Assembly: GCF_963921235.1 (NCBI RefSeq)
Contig: NC_086097.1
Span: 212,972,001-213,036,000 of the forward strand
Length of the DNA stretch: 64,000 nt
DNA from: Mobula hypostoma
Lineage: Eukaryota
Direction: 5' to 3'
This document shows, in pieces, positions 62,031-64,000 of this stretch. The notes beneath the pieces were generated by a model, which made no database searches, was not told the origin of the DNA, and was given only the letters and a program-made list of their open reading frames with translations. The translations under genes were made by a program, and so were the position numbers. Numbering within the stretch: position 1 is the stretch's first letter; every line of letters begins with the position of its first letter.

Positions 62031-64000
62031 ATTTTTAAACATCAGCATAATCTCATTTTAAATGAACAGAATTTGAAATGTTAATAAAAAACTAAAATTA
62101 AAATTATATTCTGTATTATATAATCCTGCATATCTATAGAAACATTTAAGTTGAGCACTACAAAACAAACTAGATTCTTGTAATTGCTGAAATGAACAGT
62201 AGATTTTCACTTTGATGTAATGTATACTCTTGCTCGTAGGGTGTTCACCTTTGCATGCTTGCAAATCTTTGAAAAGAAAAGAAAACTTTGAAGTAATGGG
62301 AGCATCAGAGCACAGATTACACAATATTTATCAAAATTATTATTAAGCCAGTTCACCCAAAAGTAGTCTACGTGTTAGTATCCGATCATTATGGGACAAT
62401 TTCCACAAGAATGCCCACTGTTGGTCAATAATGATGTATTTAGGTATATTTTACAAATAAGCATAATGTAGCAGCAACATGTTAAAATATGGAGTGAGTC
62501 ACTCACTGCCTTTAAACTGGGTTCGGGTTTCAGTCGTTGCCTTTGCACGATAAAGCAAATGAATAGAACATTGTCCTCATAGAGCAGGGTCTCAATAACT
62601 AGACATTTTCTGGGTCTGTGAGTTTATACAATGAAATATCAAATTCAATCTATGTACATCATGCTCCAGTGACTGCCTGGAATGGAGTTAATATTGATGG
62701 CCTTCAATATGGATCACATCATTGGGGAAATAATGTTCCATAAATGATAGTTAACAATTTCATAGAACAATTGTAACATCAAATGATAAAGCAAACTAAA
62801 AATACAATTGTTCTAGCAAGAATGCACATTAGCCAAAAACAAACAAATATTGATGCATATAGTAAATTACTGTAAATTCTGGGTTAATATCATAAACTCA
62901 TCAAATTCAATACATTATTGTTTTTGTGCTATATTGAGTTTTACATTATATTATGGTGGCATTCAAATCATATTAGGAAAAGAGTGTTAAGTGGCAAAGA
63001 ATTTTTAAGCTATTGATCCATACAAATGATTCTGGCCAAATCTAACAATGCATTTTATATCTGATCCAGCAATTCCACCCAAATGAAAAATAACAGGAGA
63101 ATTGTTTTGGATTTCAAGTAAGAGGAAAGACACAAATAACAAATACTAAAACAAAATTACATCCAATTCTACTTTAATAAAATCATTTGATTATTTAAAA
63201 ATTAATTAATTCCTTCCTGTATAAGATACTCATGGAAGTCAAGACAGTAACTCAATTTTTCTCAATTACATCTTATTATTTAACCAGTTCAGCTTTTCAT
63301 ATTAGCATCCTAAAGTTGACGGCCTTTACTATGAGCTGATCCTTCACTTAGGGAAACAAATCATTTGTGAATATTATCACAAGAGGGTGGTATCACAAAT
63401 TATTTTTCATGTTAAAGCATATTATAAATAAAACGTCTAGAAATTCTGGTGTGTTAATTTTCATGTGCGTCCATTATTGAGCCTTTACCATATGGGTTTT
63501 CTGCCATCCTGTGAGCATTTGAGCCACTCATGCATATGGGTAATTTATGTAGAAGCAGGTCTTCACATCACATCTGAGGCTGGCTTCGGCATAACCTGTG
63601 GGGATAACGCCAGAGCAGGTCTCCCGTTGTGGAATCCAAGTCTGAGTTTAGCAGATGGGCAATTAAACCCTGAGCAATAGCTGCTTCTTTGGCCTTCCAC
63701 CACAAACCACCCCCACCATCCATGACCTCCACTTTCCAATCAACCTAATTGTGTACCTAACCCGCTCACAGCTGTCACAGTCTGATGCTACAGCAGCCTA
63801 TTTTAACCCACACACATACCCTTTCACCCCCCCCCCACTTATACCCCTCAATACTCCTGACTTGCGAGGTTCTATCTCCCCTCTTGTTGATCAACTGTTG
63901 CTTTAACCGATCACCACTCTCTGGGCTTAATATCCCAACAAACTTCAAGTTCAACCTGTCACTGAAGTAATAAAAACAGGAAGTGCTGAAACACTCGGCA

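Noticed and set aside
1..64000. Prokaryotic systems (CRISPR, operons, retrons)
   Set aside because: No repeat-spacer arrays or intact ORFs; all RT sequences belong to eukaryotic retroelements

Overview
AT-rich eukaryotic DNA dense in transposons. The repeat mix (CR1, Rex1/Babar, RTE, Penelope-like tails, V-SINE, Gypsy) suggests a cartilaginous fish, probably a ray; this is an inference. I found no intact protein-coding gene, and nearly all listed ORFs are pieces or antisense shadows of decayed retroelements. The main elements are: (1) minimal type I hammerhead ribozymes in TSD-flanked Penelope-like tails (61111-61146 intact, 55255-55288 near-intact); (2) a Gmr1-like LTR element with SCAN-type gag, PR-IN-RT order and a tRNA-Leu PBS; (3) a full-length CR1 with esterase ORF1 and a 10-bp TSD; (4) a Buster/Charlie hAT with TIRs and TSD, plus a 67-bp MITE; (5) a PIF/Harbinger MITE; (6) a chromodomain Gypsy with a 5-bp TSD; (7) a nested insertion stack at 58-61 kb. 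Two frame-compatible minus-strand micro-exon candidates (possibly three) suggest the window lies within the large introns of an unidentified gene. Boundaries without a quoted TSD or TIR are approximate. Family names come from motif recognition, not database searches.
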